Below are positions 1-12,800 of a stretch of 64,000 nt of DNA, piece after piece. The notes under the pieces are model-generated. The model searched no databases. It was not told the DNA's origin and saw only the letters and a program-made list of their open reading frames with translations. Made by a program: the position numbers and the translations under genes. Positions within the stretch are counted from its first letter, which is position 1, and each line of letters opens with the position of its first letter. Source of the stretch: a virus. Location: positions 13,336-77,335 of IMG/VR virus record IMGVR_UViG_3300032050_000079; one strand, 5' to 3'.

Positions 1-3000
1 AGTCTTTATCATATATAGCGGACTCGTATTGAACACTCACTCCATACTCTGAATTTGGAGTAGAAAGAAGAGTAATTGTTGTTTCATATTGATCTGTAGA
101 ATTATTATAAACAAAATTGTCAACATTAAACACATTTCTCACTCTATATTCAACCTTATACTCTCTTCCTGTAACTAATGGAGTTTCTTCTGGAATTGAG
201 AATAAATTAATTTGATTTGTTGCAGTGCTTTCATTTTGTACAACATATTCTCCTGTGTATGTATCATAAATTGATACATCAAAAACATTACTGTAAGCCA
301 AATATAAAGAGTATGGATTGCTAGCTACAATGTATTCAAAATTATAATATGAAAGATCACTGGGAGTCGCCTCATCATAAAATGAAACTTGATAATATTC
401 AGCTGTTGATCCATTTGATATAACATTAACTATAATCGGAGCTCCAGCTCTAGCTACTTCTCCAAGCACTAAACTATCATCTGAGTTGGCATAGTATGAT
501 TTTGGTTGGGCATAGATATAACCTTGGGTTGCTCCATAATTGGGAGAACTTTGATAATAATACCAACCAGACCTTAATGAAGGTATCAAATACCTTTCTG
601 CTTCAATATCATACTTGGCATTAAACTGCACTGATTTCATCTTGTATTTATTATCTTGAGGATCAAGGTAATTAAAGTTTATATTTCCAAGTTCATCGTA
701 TGCGTTTTCCTGCCATACAAGCGTATTGTTATCTGTATTAATTATTTCTATTGATTCAATTATTAGATTTGCATCTTGCTCGTATGCAGAAAGTCCTAAT
801 TCAGATCTTGTAAAATCAAAAGTACCAATTAAATTATTTTGTTGATTACCCAAATCTTCCATACCATCATTTGGGGTAGACAAAACTACTCCATTATTAG
901 ATATTTTATAATTAATTGTTGAATTATAATTCGATTCAAAATCTTCCCAAACATTATATTCAAATGGATAGATAGAGCTATCAGCTGAAGAAATAACTAA
1001 ACTCTGTGGAGTTGCGCCATACGGCCATTTAAGTGTCTTAAAATAGTAATTATAAGTAGATCCACCAGTAACGTCAATGTAATGATCATGAAGATCTGGA
1101 GTAGCAAAGTCTGGATTAATAATACTGGCTATTATATTTGGCGAAGATGGTATTAGCTCATAGGAGCCAGTTTGTCTGTTTTGCGCAACGCCGCCATATC
1201 CTTTATAAGGAGGAGTAGAATTATCTATATCATATTTATCAACTACAATATTTTCAACATACATGTATTCAGGAGTTGAACCAGGCGGTAAAACAAATTT
1301 TGATTTTATATCTAATGGATTAATGACAATATTATTTTTTTGATCAAATTCTGGACCTTCATTAATTTTTTGATTAACTAAACTTGATCTAACTTTTCTT
1401 GTAACTATTAAACGTCTTTTTGAATCATTATATATGTTAGAAGCTAACTTTAATGTTAGATCTTGATAAGAAGGTGTTGAAGTATTTTTTATGACACGAG
1501 TATTTGTGTTTGTTACATAAGTATTTGGTGTTGAGTTTTCTAACTTTATCCATCCATAATTTCCAGTGCTTGAATTGTTATCAACAAAAGCGCCATAAGT
1601 TATCGTCGCTGCTTCTACGTATGAAGCTGGGATTTGATTAATTGCATAATTTTGTGTTGCAGATGGGCTTAACACATTATAATAGGGAGTTGAATCATAT
1701 GTAAATCTTATAGATGGATCTGAATAATTTGTAGGAGTAAAAATATTTCTAATAACATATTCTGGTGATGCACTTGAGTTTGGGCCATAAATATTTTTAA
1801 CTCTATCAACTACGGAAGCAGAATATACTTTAGATGTTGTTATGGTACCATGGGGCCTAAGCTTAAGGTCAATTGTATAATTAAGTGTTGCAGATTGATG
1901 ATCATAATAATTCTCATAATATGAGACATAGCTGTCATAGTATATGCTTATAGGCTCGTAGGCGCTTTCTACCTCGTCGGATTTAACCCCTTTTACTTTA
2001 AATGTAAAATACTTGTCTGCTATTTGTCTATCTAAAAGCTCTAGTACAACTTTTGCATCGTCGAAATCTCCAACACCAGGCTGATAGTGGTCAGCATTAA
2101 CAGCTGGAAGATCAGTGATTTGAGGAATACTAGAAACGCCCTCTTGCTTATTGCCTGCGTAATCCCAATATGATTCTCTCCACTTTGCATACCCAACATT
2201 CACAGCAAACCTATTATTCATGTCTTCGACAAAAGAAAACATCATTGGTAGTGGATTGCCATCTGAATCAAAATATGGAGTGGATTTTTGCAAATCTGAT
2301 ATTTCAACTATCTCTGGAGTTGCTCCAATATATGCCGAGTTTGGAGTGGCCCCATAGGCCCTCCACATATCTAGCTCTCTTCTAAGAGTCCTCTGTAATC
2401 CTAATTTATTTACAGCTGGAGGATTTAAATATACATCTAATATTCTCTTTTTAAAGTTTGCATTAGACTCTAGATATAGTCTCGTTAGTCCAACTCTTAA
2501 TCCAAATTCATCAAAAGAGTTATAATTTTGTATTACGATCTGATCGACTTCTTTTTCATCTACCTTAATTAAGTCAAATGATCTTAGTGTATATAGACTT
2601 CTTGACAAAAAATCGTAATAAAAAGAATAATCAGTTGGTTGAGAAGTTAACAAATCTTCGTAGGAGGAGAGCCTTGCTAGCTCAATCCCATCTCCCCTTA
2701 CTTTTATAAAGCCTGGATCTACAGGAGACGACACATACACCCAAGCAAGCTCTCTAACGTCTGCGCTAGATATGTAAGAGTCTAACTCTATTGAGTCTAC
2801 TAGCCTGTCAACCTCATCTAAATCTTCGGTAAATATCGAACTTACAATTTTGCCAGCCTGACTAACTGGAGTTGCAGTTTCTGGGGTAGACCTTTCCAAA
2901 GAATCTGTATACATCTTGGTCCAAGTAGGGAATCTAGATAAAACATTTCTTGCATGATCTGATATAGTTGGAATTGATGGTTCATTAATTTCAACTTGAA

Positions 3001-3635
3001 CTAATAAAAGAAAATTAGCTGATGATATATCTGAAGAAACATTGAACTCTAGTTCAAACTTAGTGTATCTTTCAGAAGACCTAAGAAATAAAATATTATT
3101 TTTGCTATCAGTATATGCTACCTGTTTCCATTCGGAATCAGATGTTACCTCTTTGTTGGAGGTAAATATTTTTACAGAAAATTCTGGATCTTCTAAACCA
3201 GGAAGATTTGCAAAAGAGTGCTTAAAACCTAATATATTAATTGCAGATTTTGTGTCAACAAACCTAGGTAGGCTCTGAGTAGCAACTGATGATAATATTC
3301 TATATGGAGTTGCACTTTGTAGTAAGTCGTAAAAATAGTATGAACCATCTTCTTCATTAAAATCAAAGATAAAATACTCACCAAAATCTTGGTCTTGAAT
3401 TATCTCACCAAAATCTGTGACTAGAGAAGATCCTACGATTGTAGGCGTAGCTTCCGATATTGTGCTTAATCCAGTAAATGTATAGTCTTCTAATAGATTG
3501 TTTCCATAAAGAGATCTATATGTTGAGTAATTTGTGTAAAACCTATTTGAATATAGATCAAATGAATCAGAAACCCACTTGTTTCCGATTAATTGTAAAA
3601 TCTGTATTAACTAAAGCTAAAAAATAGGTTTTCAT
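1..3635 (-). CDS. Large baseplate wedge/structural protein (>1200 aa, runs off the left edge); needs a +1 shift at CGG 3585-3587
   Basis: Missing from the ORF track. ATG at 3635 (MKTYFLALVNTDFTIN), then AAT-C-GGA. The +1 frame reads sensibly wherever I checked it (near 3580, 2400 and base 1) and contains FDEFGLRVGLTRLYLESNANFKKRILDVY, a baseplate-wedge-like motif. It lies downstream of the baseplate J-like gene. Confidence 0.7.
3585..3587 (-). other. +1 frameshift site (AAT CGG A -> AAT GGA), codon 17
   Basis: In-frame CGG; dropping the C joins the start segment to the long open frame. Confidence 0.8.
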
Positions 3636-3652
3636 TTTTTATATATTTATTC

Positions 3653-4906
3653 CTATACTGAATCAAGCCATATTGAGTACTCGGAAGTGACTCCATTATC
3701 TGGATGAACAAACATTAAGTGTTGACATGGTCTACTCATAGACGAGAAATACTCTTGTGCATAGGTGTTGTTACTTTCTGGTGATCCAGAAATTCTCAAC
3801 AAACCACTTCCAATAGTAACCTTTACCTGCTGATGATAGTGGCCCATAAATACATCTTCAAAATTTTCTGGTATTGCACCGTCTTTCCATCCCATAATTT
3901 TCTTATAGTAAGCATGAAATGCTGTAGGGGATGGCATTTGATCTCCATGGATTAACAAACTTGAGTAGCTGCCAATTGTATCCACTGCGTAAAAACTTCT
4001 TTCTCCGCGACCATCTGGAATATTAAACGTTACTCTTGGCTCATCTTTAAATATCAACTGAACAATCTTATACAATAACCTATCCATATTTGTTTCTGGA
4101 TCGTGCTGCTTTCTTGCTCTTCCACCAACGGCACCGTGATTTCCGATAACACCAGTAATGTGAATGTGTTCAAAGTTTTCAAGTGCTGTTGTTATGAACT
4201 TTGTTAGTATTTCTGGACCGTATATACCAACCTGTCGATATAAGCCAGCATCTAATAAATGACTTTGCCCAGGAAATATTTCTTCTCCTTCTACAATGTC
4301 ACCTAGCAGCCACACATGCAAATTGTCAACATTATGATGGGCTCTTTGGATATTTACGATCTCAATCATCTTTTCGGTGTATTGCTCAATTCTTCTTGCC
4401 AATACATCGGAGTTGTAAGTTGATGTAACTTTACCTAACTGCCAATCAGCAAAAACTGCAACTGCTGTTTCTGGAGTTGCTCTTTTTTTGGTAAGAACTG
4501 GCTTTGAAATCTTTGGAAGATCAAAGTTACTGAAAGCATCAAAAGCTGCTTGATACACAAGGTGCGATGCCTCTTCTTTGATGTTCTTATATCTATCTAC
4601 TTGTCTGGCAAGTTTTTTGTTTTCTGATCTAAGAAAATCAATAGTAGACGAAGGAACTGACGACATAGACAATCCTGCATCTCTATAATCCTCATATTCA
4701 TCTTCAAGAGTATCTTCTTCTGAGATTGTAGAAAAATACGATGATGCGTTACTTTCGTCTACTTCTCTTGAAGTTATATTATCGGTCATTATGGTTCCTG
4801 GAACCGTTTCGTCACCGCTAATCAAAGCTTTTGCATGAGTCATGTTTTTAGCTTTTACAATAGACTTGTTGGTGACAAGAAAGTACTTTTCTTTCATTTG
4901 TATCAC
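3653..4906 (-). CDS. Calcineurin-like metallophosphoesterase with an N-terminal acidic/coiled-coil region
   Basis: Motifs DWQLG, GDIVEG, GNHG, HGD and GHYH in canonical order. The start may be the ATG at 4897. Confidence 0.8.
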   Translation of the reverse strand: MIQMKEKYFLVTNKSIVKAKNMTHAKALISGDETVPGTIMTDNITSREVDESNASSYFSTISEEDTLEDEYEDYRDAGLSMSSVPSSTIDFLRSENKKLARQVDRYKNIKEEASHLVYQAAFDAFSNFDLPKISKPVLTKKRATPETAVAVFADWQLGKVTSTYNSDVLARRIEQYTEKMIEIVNIQRAHHNVDNLHVWLLGDIVEGEEIFPGQSHLLDAGLYRQVGIYGPEILTKFITTALENFEHIHITGVIGNHGAVGGRARKQHDPETNMDRLLYKIVQLIFKDEPRVTFNIPDGRGERSFYAVDTIGSYSSLLIHGDQMPSPTAFHAYYKKIMGWKDGAIPENFEDVFMGHYHQQVKVTIGSGLLRISGSPESNNTYAQEYFSSMSRPCQHLMFVHPDNGVTSEYSIWLDSV

Positions 4907-4913
4907 TTTCTGA

Positions 4914-6083
4914 TTAATAAGTTATGGAAGACATTATAACAGAAAATACAGATACAGATCCAGCTACCATATACTGTCTATCGTCATTTATAGTGAACAT
5001 TCCTTTAGGAACTTCTTGACCATTTACAGAAACGCTTAAAACGTTTACTGATTTGATTAAATCAGAAGAAGACCTAACGATTGACTCAATATCTCCATTA
5101 GATATACTATCACCTATTGTTCTTGAATTCAAGTATGATCTTAAAAATAAAGAAGCTTGATTTTCTATACCTGTTGCAGTTGTAGCACCTACTCCAGATG
5201 GAAGAACTATGCTTACAGCAACGTGTACTGGTGCTCTTTCTGCAATTCTGACATTAAGCTTAATCCCTACTGGCTTTGCTTCAGACAAAGAATTGAAGAT
5301 ACTATTAACTAAATTTGTTGATATTCTTTGTGATTCTGGAACCACAATAATATCACAAGATCCTAAACCGTAACTAGACTCTCTAACCCTAACATCTCTT
5401 ACTCCCTGAACTCCTAGAGCTCTCATTCTTAGAGACTCAGCTGTGCCAAAAGAGTTTGCTTTAATTGATTTTACTATTCGTTTTCTATACATATCATCTG
5501 ACTCCATATTAATCATAGAGTAGATTTCTTTAGTATTCGTACAATAAACGATAATGCCACTTGGTGCTATATAATTATGTTTAGTCAAAGTTCCTTTTGA
5601 TGCAGTGAAATCTGTGCTACTAAAGTTTGGTATCACTCTACCGAATGCTCTAGTTGTTCCTGCAATAATTGTTGCTGCATCGACTAATTTATATTGATAT
5701 TGAACAGTAGAAAAATCTGTGACATCATTATATATTAAAGTATCTTTTGGAATTACAACGTTTGACGAGTGCGGTGCATCTATTGAAAACGATATATTAA
5801 AACTAGCTCTTTCTTGTTGCAAATCTTCTGAAACAGATCTACGAAAAACTCCATAAAGATCACCTATTAAATCAAGAGATCTTCCAGATGCCATAGACAA
5901 AGAAGTCTGTTCAACGCTAAATTTAATTGCCTCGTACAAGTCTCCAATTTCAACGGCCATAGCCTCTGCCAATGCTCTAGCAACAGATCCTGGATATGTT
6001 GCTGTTATGCCAGCATTTTGCTGAAGAGAAGATAGGATTTTTGAAAGTATCTGATCTTTTGATTTATTGTATATGACAGGCAT
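4914..6083 (-). CDS. Baseplate J-like wedge protein
   Basis: PGSVARALAEA, ASGRSLDLIG, ESDDMYRKRI and VQGVRDVRV are typical Baseplate_J features; gene context agrees. Confidence 0.85.
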   Translation of the reverse strand: MPVIYNKSKDQILSKILSSLQQNAGITATYPGSVARALAEAMAVEIGDLYEAIKFSVEQTSLSMASGRSLDLIGDLYGVFRRSVSEDLQQERASFNISFSIDAPHSSNVVIPKDTLIYNDVTDFSTVQYQYKLVDAATIIAGTTRAFGRVIPNFSSTDFTASKGTLTKHNYIAPSGIIVYCTNTKEIYSMINMESDDMYRKRIVKSIKANSFGTAESLRMRALGVQGVRDVRVRESSYGLGSCDIIVVPESQRISTNLVNSIFNSLSEAKPVGIKLNVRIAERAPVHVAVSIVLPSGVGATTATGIENQASLFLRSYLNSRTIGDSISNGDIESIVRSSSDLIKSVNVLSVSVNGQEVPKGMFTINDDRQYMVAGSVSVFSVIMSSITY

Positions 6084-6097
6084 TTCTATCTCCTATT

Positions 6098-6472
6098 TTA
6101 AATTTCTTGAGTTACAGATATTGTTATTGGATCAACAGAGTTGTCTTCAATATGAACATCAAATCTTATTGAATTATTAGAGGTTGGCACTGCTGTTATT
6201 GAAATCTTTCTATCAGCAAAAACGCCCTCTCTTAACAACGCTTCCCTTATTAAGCGCTTACCCATTTCTCCAGTTGCCTGGCTTTGTGGCATTCCGTAGA
6301 GAATGTTAAGCTCTGTTCCAAGCTTGGGGTAAATGTAGAAATCACCTGGCTCAGTCATAAGCCTAAGGTATATCTGCTGTATATCGTTCTGCGACCTACT
6401 TTGAGTCATTGCTATATCTTTATTGGGAGATATTTTTAAATCACCAGATAAATCTAAATAAAAATCAGACAT
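6098..6472 (-). CDS. gp25/GPW-like baseplate wedge (sheath initiator) protein
   Basis: 124 aa with GDL...QQIYLRLMTEPGDFYIYPKLGTEL; immediately upstream of baseplate J. Confidence 0.8.
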   Translation of the reverse strand: MSDFYLDLSGDLKISPNKDIAMTQSRSQNDIQQIYLRLMTEPGDFYIYPKLGTELNILYGMPQSQATGEMGKRLIREALLREGVFADRKISITAVPTSNNSIRFDVHIEDNSVDPITISVTQEI

Positions 6473-6474
6473 CC

Positions 6475-7158
6475 TTATTCCAAATCATTTTCTATCCAGG
6501 GAAAATCTTCCATATTATTTCCCACAGTGTAATCTTTATTTTCGACCTTCTTGGTCGCCTCAGAAAAAGAATATCCATTTATTAAAAGATATTTTAACAT
6601 CCTGATTTCTGTATCAGAATGGGTTTTCATGTAGTTATCCAATAAAGCCTGATCTGACTCGCTTAGCTGTGGCTCAACAGCTGGAGTAAAGAAATTATCT
6701 TCTTGCCCAGGAACTAAGCCTAAACCATAGTCACCACCTATAGTAATAGGAGAAACAGATTCTATCTCATCAAGTTGGTCTAAATTATTTAAATAATGAC
6801 CTATTTTATAAAAAGCTGGGTTTTGATGAAAGTCACTTGTTCGCACTAGTGCTGGCTCATTATATACGTCTGAGGCAGGATTAAATGAAGAGTTGTTCCA
6901 TTTTAAACCATCGTCTTCTCTAGTATAAAATTTAATTGAATCGGCAAAAAAAGATATGGCTCTTGTACTCGGACTTATAACAATACCTATTCCAGGAGCT
7001 GCAAATATTTCTATTTCTCCAGCGTCGTTTATTCTTAAAAAACCATTATTATCTGGATGGTTAATTCCAACTTCTCTTGTAGAAAACTCTTTTCTTTTTC
7101 TTAATTCTGTTACTTCGCTAAAAGACTGTCTAGCTCTATCTATTGGTTCTTCCATCAT
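6475..7158 (-). CDS. Hypothetical baseplate/spike-associated protein
   Basis: Beta-strand-rich N-terminal half (GFLRINDAGEIEIFAAPGIGIVI); position between the OB-fold gene and the gp25-like gene. Confidence 0.45.
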   Translation of the reverse strand: MMEEPIDRARQSFSEVTELRKRKEFSTREVGINHPDNNGFLRINDAGEIEIFAAPGIGIVISPSTRAISFFADSIKFYTREDDGLKWNNSSFNPASDVYNEPALVRTSDFHQNPAFYKIGHYLNNLDQLDEIESVSPITIGGDYGLGLVPGQEDNFFTPAVEPQLSESDQALLDNYMKTHSDTEIRMLKYLLINGYSFSEATKKVENKDYTVGNNMEDFPWIENDLE

Positions 7159-7159
7159 A

Positions 7160-7525
7160 CTAAATCATGAACTTTGGTATACCAGTATTAACTGAATTAT
7201 TTTTAATTGTTTTTACCGTATCGTACGCATCGGCTATAATTGAGATTATATACGGATCTCTTTCGGAATCGTTTCTAAATGCTACAATACATCTAGTTCC
7301 AGGATGTGGGGAGACCCCCTGAATGCCGTAGTTAAATGGGCACGGTACTCTATCCATAACATCTCCTACTGTGCCGGCATATCTTTCGTCTAAAATAACA
7401 GTAGCAGTGTTTGACATTTTGTCAAACTCAACTATAGTTGCTGGTCTTGTTTTTGACTGTTGAAGTTTTGAGTCTTGAATTAAATTATTAATTTTTTGAT
7501 CAAACTTTGGATAATTAATAGCCAT
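7160..7525 (-). CDS. Baseplate spike OB-fold (gpV/gp5 N-terminal-like) protein
   Basis: ATIVEFD..NTATV...RVPCP....GIQGVSPHPGTRCIVAF pattern; baseplate context. Confidence 0.55.
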   Translation of the reverse strand: MAINYPKFDQKINNLIQDSKLQQSKTRPATIVEFDKMSNTATVILDERYAGTVGDVMDRVPCPFNYGIQGVSPHPGTRCIVAFRNDSERDPYIISIIADAYDTVKTIKNNSVNTGIPKFMI

Positions 7526-7536
7526 TAATACACCTC

Positions 7537-9820
7537 TTACTTATATATAATTTCATATTTTTTAGAATCTTTTACAAACACTTCTATTTTTTGTCTTCCA
7601 TTTTGATCTGTTGTATCTATTTTCCTTGCATCAGAATTTGCTGGAACGCTTGCCAAAACCCAGGCATCTAGCTCGGATGAATCTCTACCTGTTCCTTGTG
7701 TAAAAACTTTTTTAATTAGTTCATAATCCAGTCCAGAAATCCAACTATGCTCAAGATAAACTGCGCCCCAAGGAGCAAATATTCCATTCCTTGTTCCATT
7801 ATCCATTGAATTCACAATATCAGAAACATCTGTTTTCTTACCTATTTTTGTTCTTAAAAAAGAAATCTGATTTATAGGAGCAAAAGCTCTTCTATCGTAA
7901 TATTGTCTACCAGCTCCGCCCTTTTTTGTCCTTAGTCCTATTGTTCCTTCTGGGTCTGTTCTCTGTTTGTTTCTTATAAAATCATCACAAAAAGTTGCCT
8001 TGTTAGTCGGATTGGTGTCTTGAATTTTATCAGCTAGCCAATTCTTATAGGCTAATTTCCACCACTTTGTTCTTTCGGGTGTTGGAGAAACTATTTTTAC
8101 TACGCCAGTTCCTCCAGCTGATGTTCTTGTTACAAACTGCCAAAGACCAAAAGCGCCGCTCTTTATTGTTAACAAAAGGGGTAAAATTACTTTCTCTTTG
8201 TGCAATACCAGTAAAGAACGCTGCTATCTCCGCAGAAAAACCGCCATAGTTATATAAAAAACTAAATATATCCATAGCAGTGAGAGCATCATCTCCAGTA
8301 TAATACTCTTTTTTAAGCTTTGTAATCATATCGGAAGAAAGTGGTGTTGCAGGCGCAGGCGCAGCACCAGCACTAGATACCGTACCAGATCCAGACTGAC
8401 CAGGGGTTGATGGTGTAGTGGTTGTAGGAACTGCAAACGAACCGCATCTGGCTGAGCTCCAACTAACATGAATATGATTAGCGTGGCTTTTATCGCAGTG
8501 AATATTGACGAAAGGAGCTAGATTTGGATGCTTCTGCCTAATTGGAGAATTAGAGGATTCAAGTCCTCCAACTATTCCAAGCTCTGTTTCCAGCTGTTCG
8601 CTTACAACTATTAAGTCTGGATGAAGCTCTTGAGGAAGTTGCTCCACATGAGACAGGAAAAGATCCAATGCTATAAGATACTTTCCAGGTGGTGGAACTG
8701 GATTGTTCAAAACATAAGATTGATTAGCTGTAGTTAAGCCTATTTTTTTAATATCAAAACCTCTACCAAAGGAGTGGTCACTAACTCCGTTATTGCTTTG
8801 CGTTAGCTTACTAAAATTAGGACCTGTTATTCCTCTCCATACTCCTGAGTCGCCCATAATATAAAGCGTATCTGTAATTCGTAAAAGAAATTCAATTAAG
8901 GTAGGAGACATCATTACTTGCTTTTCGCCTGTTCCAAGACCTGTAATTTTATCTTCCATGTACTTATACGTGCCATTCTTTTCGACATAATAACCACTAT
9001 GGTGTATGTCGAAACCTAGGCTACCAAGATTTTGTGGATTCGCTTTTGCTTTTGCCGTAGTAACTCCATTGACTGTTCCATTTTTATCAAAGCTTAGTTT
9101 AAAGCCTTGTTTAAAAACTGTAATGTCTCCAGTGCCCTCTGTTTTAAAATTAGTTTTCTTTAACAGCTCCGCAACCTTTTTGTCGTATATTGCTCTTTCT
9201 GCTTCGTCCATTTCATCTGCAAAAAGTATTTTTCTAGTAGCGTTATTCATAACTTGAGCGGTTCCAGAAGTCCCATAAGATGCTGTAGAGTGTGGTTGAG
9301 ACGCCCCAGTAGAGGTTGTTACGGTACCAGTTCCACTACTTGTGCCACCCGTTCCTCCAGTGGTAGAAGATCCACCTGTTGCTGGACTTATCGAGGGGGC
9401 AATAAATGCTTTTACAGCTTGATCAAAGCCACCAGGAGCAAATCCTGTAGACATAACGGACTTTCTAGCTATTTCCATTCTAGCCTGAGAACCTTTTAGT
9501 GTTTTAGTTGGATCATCAGGATCTGGAACTTGTGTCTGGTCGTCGATGTCTGCACCCATAGATAGTATTGTATGCATTGCTGATTTAGTGTTTTGCTCAT
9601 ATCCCGCTACTGGAAAGGCTGGATTTCTAAATATTCCATCCCCTTGAATAATTTTCACTGGATCTCTTGACATCAAGGTCCTACCAACCTCTCCATCCAT
9701 AGATGCAGAAGTGCCCTTTATGAGCTGTTGATTTTCTGGGTAGAAGGAGCTTTTAATTTTTGACGTTATTGATTTGCCGTCAGCGAGATCATCTAAGTTA
9801 AAATTAAAATCAGAAGCCAT
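7537..9820 (-). CDS. Virion-associated lysin (~760 aa): M15-like Zn peptidase plus SLT lytic transglycosylase; joins ORFs 8045..9820 and 7537..8205 via a +1 shift
   Basis: SDHSFGRGFD...HANHIH resembles the M15 SxHxxGxAxD/HxH motif. The SLT motif IAQRESNF...NKE|GAFGLWQF is only complete after the shift at 8156-8158. Confidence 0.75.
8156..8158 (-). other. +1 frameshift site (GAG CGG C -> GAG GGC)
   Basis: In-frame CGG between the SLT catalytic ES motif and the GLxQ motif; the only CGGC case. Confidence 0.85.
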
Positions 9821-9822
9821 AT

Positions 9823-12800
9823 TTATAATACCTTTGTTATAGTTGGAACCAATTTAGACGGATCCTGTACTGCTGGACTGTCTACATATAGAAGGCCCTT
9901 TGTGTAAACCTTTGCTAGACCTTTTTCTACCAGGTCCCAGTTCAATGTGTATGGTGTTCCATCTGGATAGTACTCATCCCATCCAACCATTGGCCACTCG
10001 GAAGCAACTCCGTATATCTTATATAGTATCAGCATTGCTACTAATGTTGAGAATGCTCTTTTGTTTGAATCAGACATTCCATAAAGTGGGTCAGACGGAC
10101 CACTATCAAAGAAATAATTAGTCAAACTAGACATACTATTTATCTTGTTAAATATTTTATCAAAGTTAGCTTCTATGGGTGACCTTGGATAAAAACGTTT
10201 TTTAATTTCTTGTTTTGCTTTTTCTGCCATATCAGATGAAGAAACGTTTTTGATAAAAATATTTCTTACATCTTCAATAGCACCTGCTTGAACATTCGAA
10301 TCTGTTCTATAGAATATAGTTGCCATATATCTATCGCTATCAGATTGCCACCTTCCTGACTTTGCTGCTTTTTGATATCTTTCTGGATCATTAGCCTCTG
10401 CGCCTGCTTCTAAGTCTTCAGCAGAAAGTATGTCTCTATTATCTGGTGAAACTGCTATTCTTAAAACAACCATTTTACCAACAACTGCATCGGCAGTGAA
10501 AAGCAATGCTTGCCCAGCAGCAGAAAGGGGATTGAAAAACTTTTGACTTTCTTCGAGTATTAAAGTTTCTTCTAAGGCTGTATTAATATTTAGTTGAGCC
10601 AATTCAGCCGTGTTGACTCCCTCAAATCTGACTCTAAATGTCTTATTTGTTATTACGTCTACAACGTCAAAAGTGTCACCGTCAACCACATGGGAAACGG
10701 TTCCTATTACTTTAAAGAATTGATTGAATCCAGTTTTTTCTGGTCCTATTCCTGAATATTTTAATATTTGTGCGTTGACTATCGCATTTTCTAAGCTGAC
10801 ATGTCTAACTAAATCATTAATTTCTTTTTCTTTCCATCCAAGACTTCTAAATATGTCATCACTTCTGACATATGAATAACCTTCTTCTGTTCTTACTGCT
10901 GTCCTTACTCCAAGAATCTGTGGAATTAGTTTCTTTGAATGTGCTCGTCCAACAACCATTCCCTGATTAAATGACAATCCGGCGTCCATTGGCTGTCCAT
11001 TTCTATTTAAGTACTGAACGTAGCACCCATGCTGATCGAGAACGTTATCTCTTGTCCATTTCCATCCGCTCCATAATAGATCGCTTGCTATGGCTCCTGC
11101 AGAAAAGCCCACAGCAAGAGATGTTCCTAAAGTAAATGGAGCGAAAAGAGCTGAGGCTGCTGTGGTTGCTGCAGTTAAGGCCATGCTTCCTACTACCATA
11201 GATATCGCCCCACCTAGGTCTCCATCTTGTTTTCCTGTCGATGCTTTTATTTTTGCTTTTATTTGTTCTGCTTTATCTGGAATTGCGTCTGCTGCTGTGT
11301 TAGCAATAATATCCTTAACCAAAGCTGAGTGTCCATGTGTATACATCATTCCACCAGTCATTTGGGGGCCAAGAGATTGTGCTAGATTATCAATTGAAAT
11401 AGTTCCGTCTGCACCGATAAGTGAGTTAGCGGTCTCAGAAGAAAGCATTCTTCTAGCTAGGTCTCTAACACTTTGATGGTTCATTCTGCTCCCTATCCAG
11501 CTGGAAGCAAACCATCTTGCTGGATCATTAACGTTAACAAATGCATTGGGGGTGATGGAAGTAACAAATCCCATTTCTGGAGTAAAGTGGTGAACAACTT
11601 GCTCTACTTCAAAAATTCCATATATTCTTTCATAAGAATCTGTTAGATAAACTAAGTCATGAGGCCTAATAGATGTGTCGCCTATTAGTGTTATTTCTCC
11701 ACTATATATATCTTTTATTGATTCTTTTAAGTGAGCTAAACCAACCCTTCTTGCGGTTAGTTCATCTGGCTCTCCGGATGCAAACTTTGATATTCCTCTT
11801 ATTGTTTCTATTGGATTAAAAATTGGATGCAGTACTCCCCAAAATCCAGAACCTCTAATATTATCAAAGTATAAACCTGTTTCTATTGTTTTTTCAACTT
11901 GTCTTTCTGGCGGTGCAGCCTTATCAAGGGCAACGGTTACTGGATATTGCCCATCTGAAACTGCAGTTATTTGTGTTGCTACGCCACCTATGTTTTCTTG
12001 AATTCCGTTTGCAAGGATATGATTAAAAGAGTTAATTAAATGTATTCTTTGGAACGGCTCTCTAATCTCAACAACAGGTTCTCCATATTCCCTTGTGAAC
12101 GGATTGTCTACAGCCCTCAAAAGAGAACCGGGCCTTCCTAATGAATAGTATAAAGAATCATTATATGCCTTATTTAAAACATTAGCCTGCTTTGCAAAGT
12201 TGTCGTGTTCAGTTACTCCATATCCCATTTGAGCCAAAGACATCTTAGTCAAGTTTAAAAGATTTCCTATGGCGCTTTGAAATACTGTAAACATAGGACC
12301 AATGTTTTTGTTCCAAAAATTCGTTGTATCCTCCCACATTCCGCTCATCCAGTTTGTAGCAGCGTTGCCTTCTCCTGAGTTTGCTTCTAAGAGTTTTTTG
12401 AATTTTGAAGCGTCTTTTCCGTATGTACCATTATAGTCAATGTAAGCTTGCCAAATTTTATCAAACGGCCTAAAGCTCCAACTGTCAGACATCTGCTCGT
12501 CATCGCCCATGACAAACCTCTTGCGATCCGGCTTAAGTACTACCCAGGCTCTTGAATATGGATCTCTCCATAATTGGTCTCTAAAAAGTCCAACCAACAA
12601 TAAGAATAATTGTTTTGGAGTTTTAATATTTTTAAAGAATTCGTCAGCTTTTTGATCATCTGTTAAGAACTCTGTTCCATCTGCACTTGTTGCAGTAGTT
12701 GATGCTGCACCGGTTGAAGAAACAGAGCTTAACAACTGTGCATTTGACTTAACGGCATCGCGTATAAAGGTTGCTCTTTCTTTTATTAAATTATTAAAAT

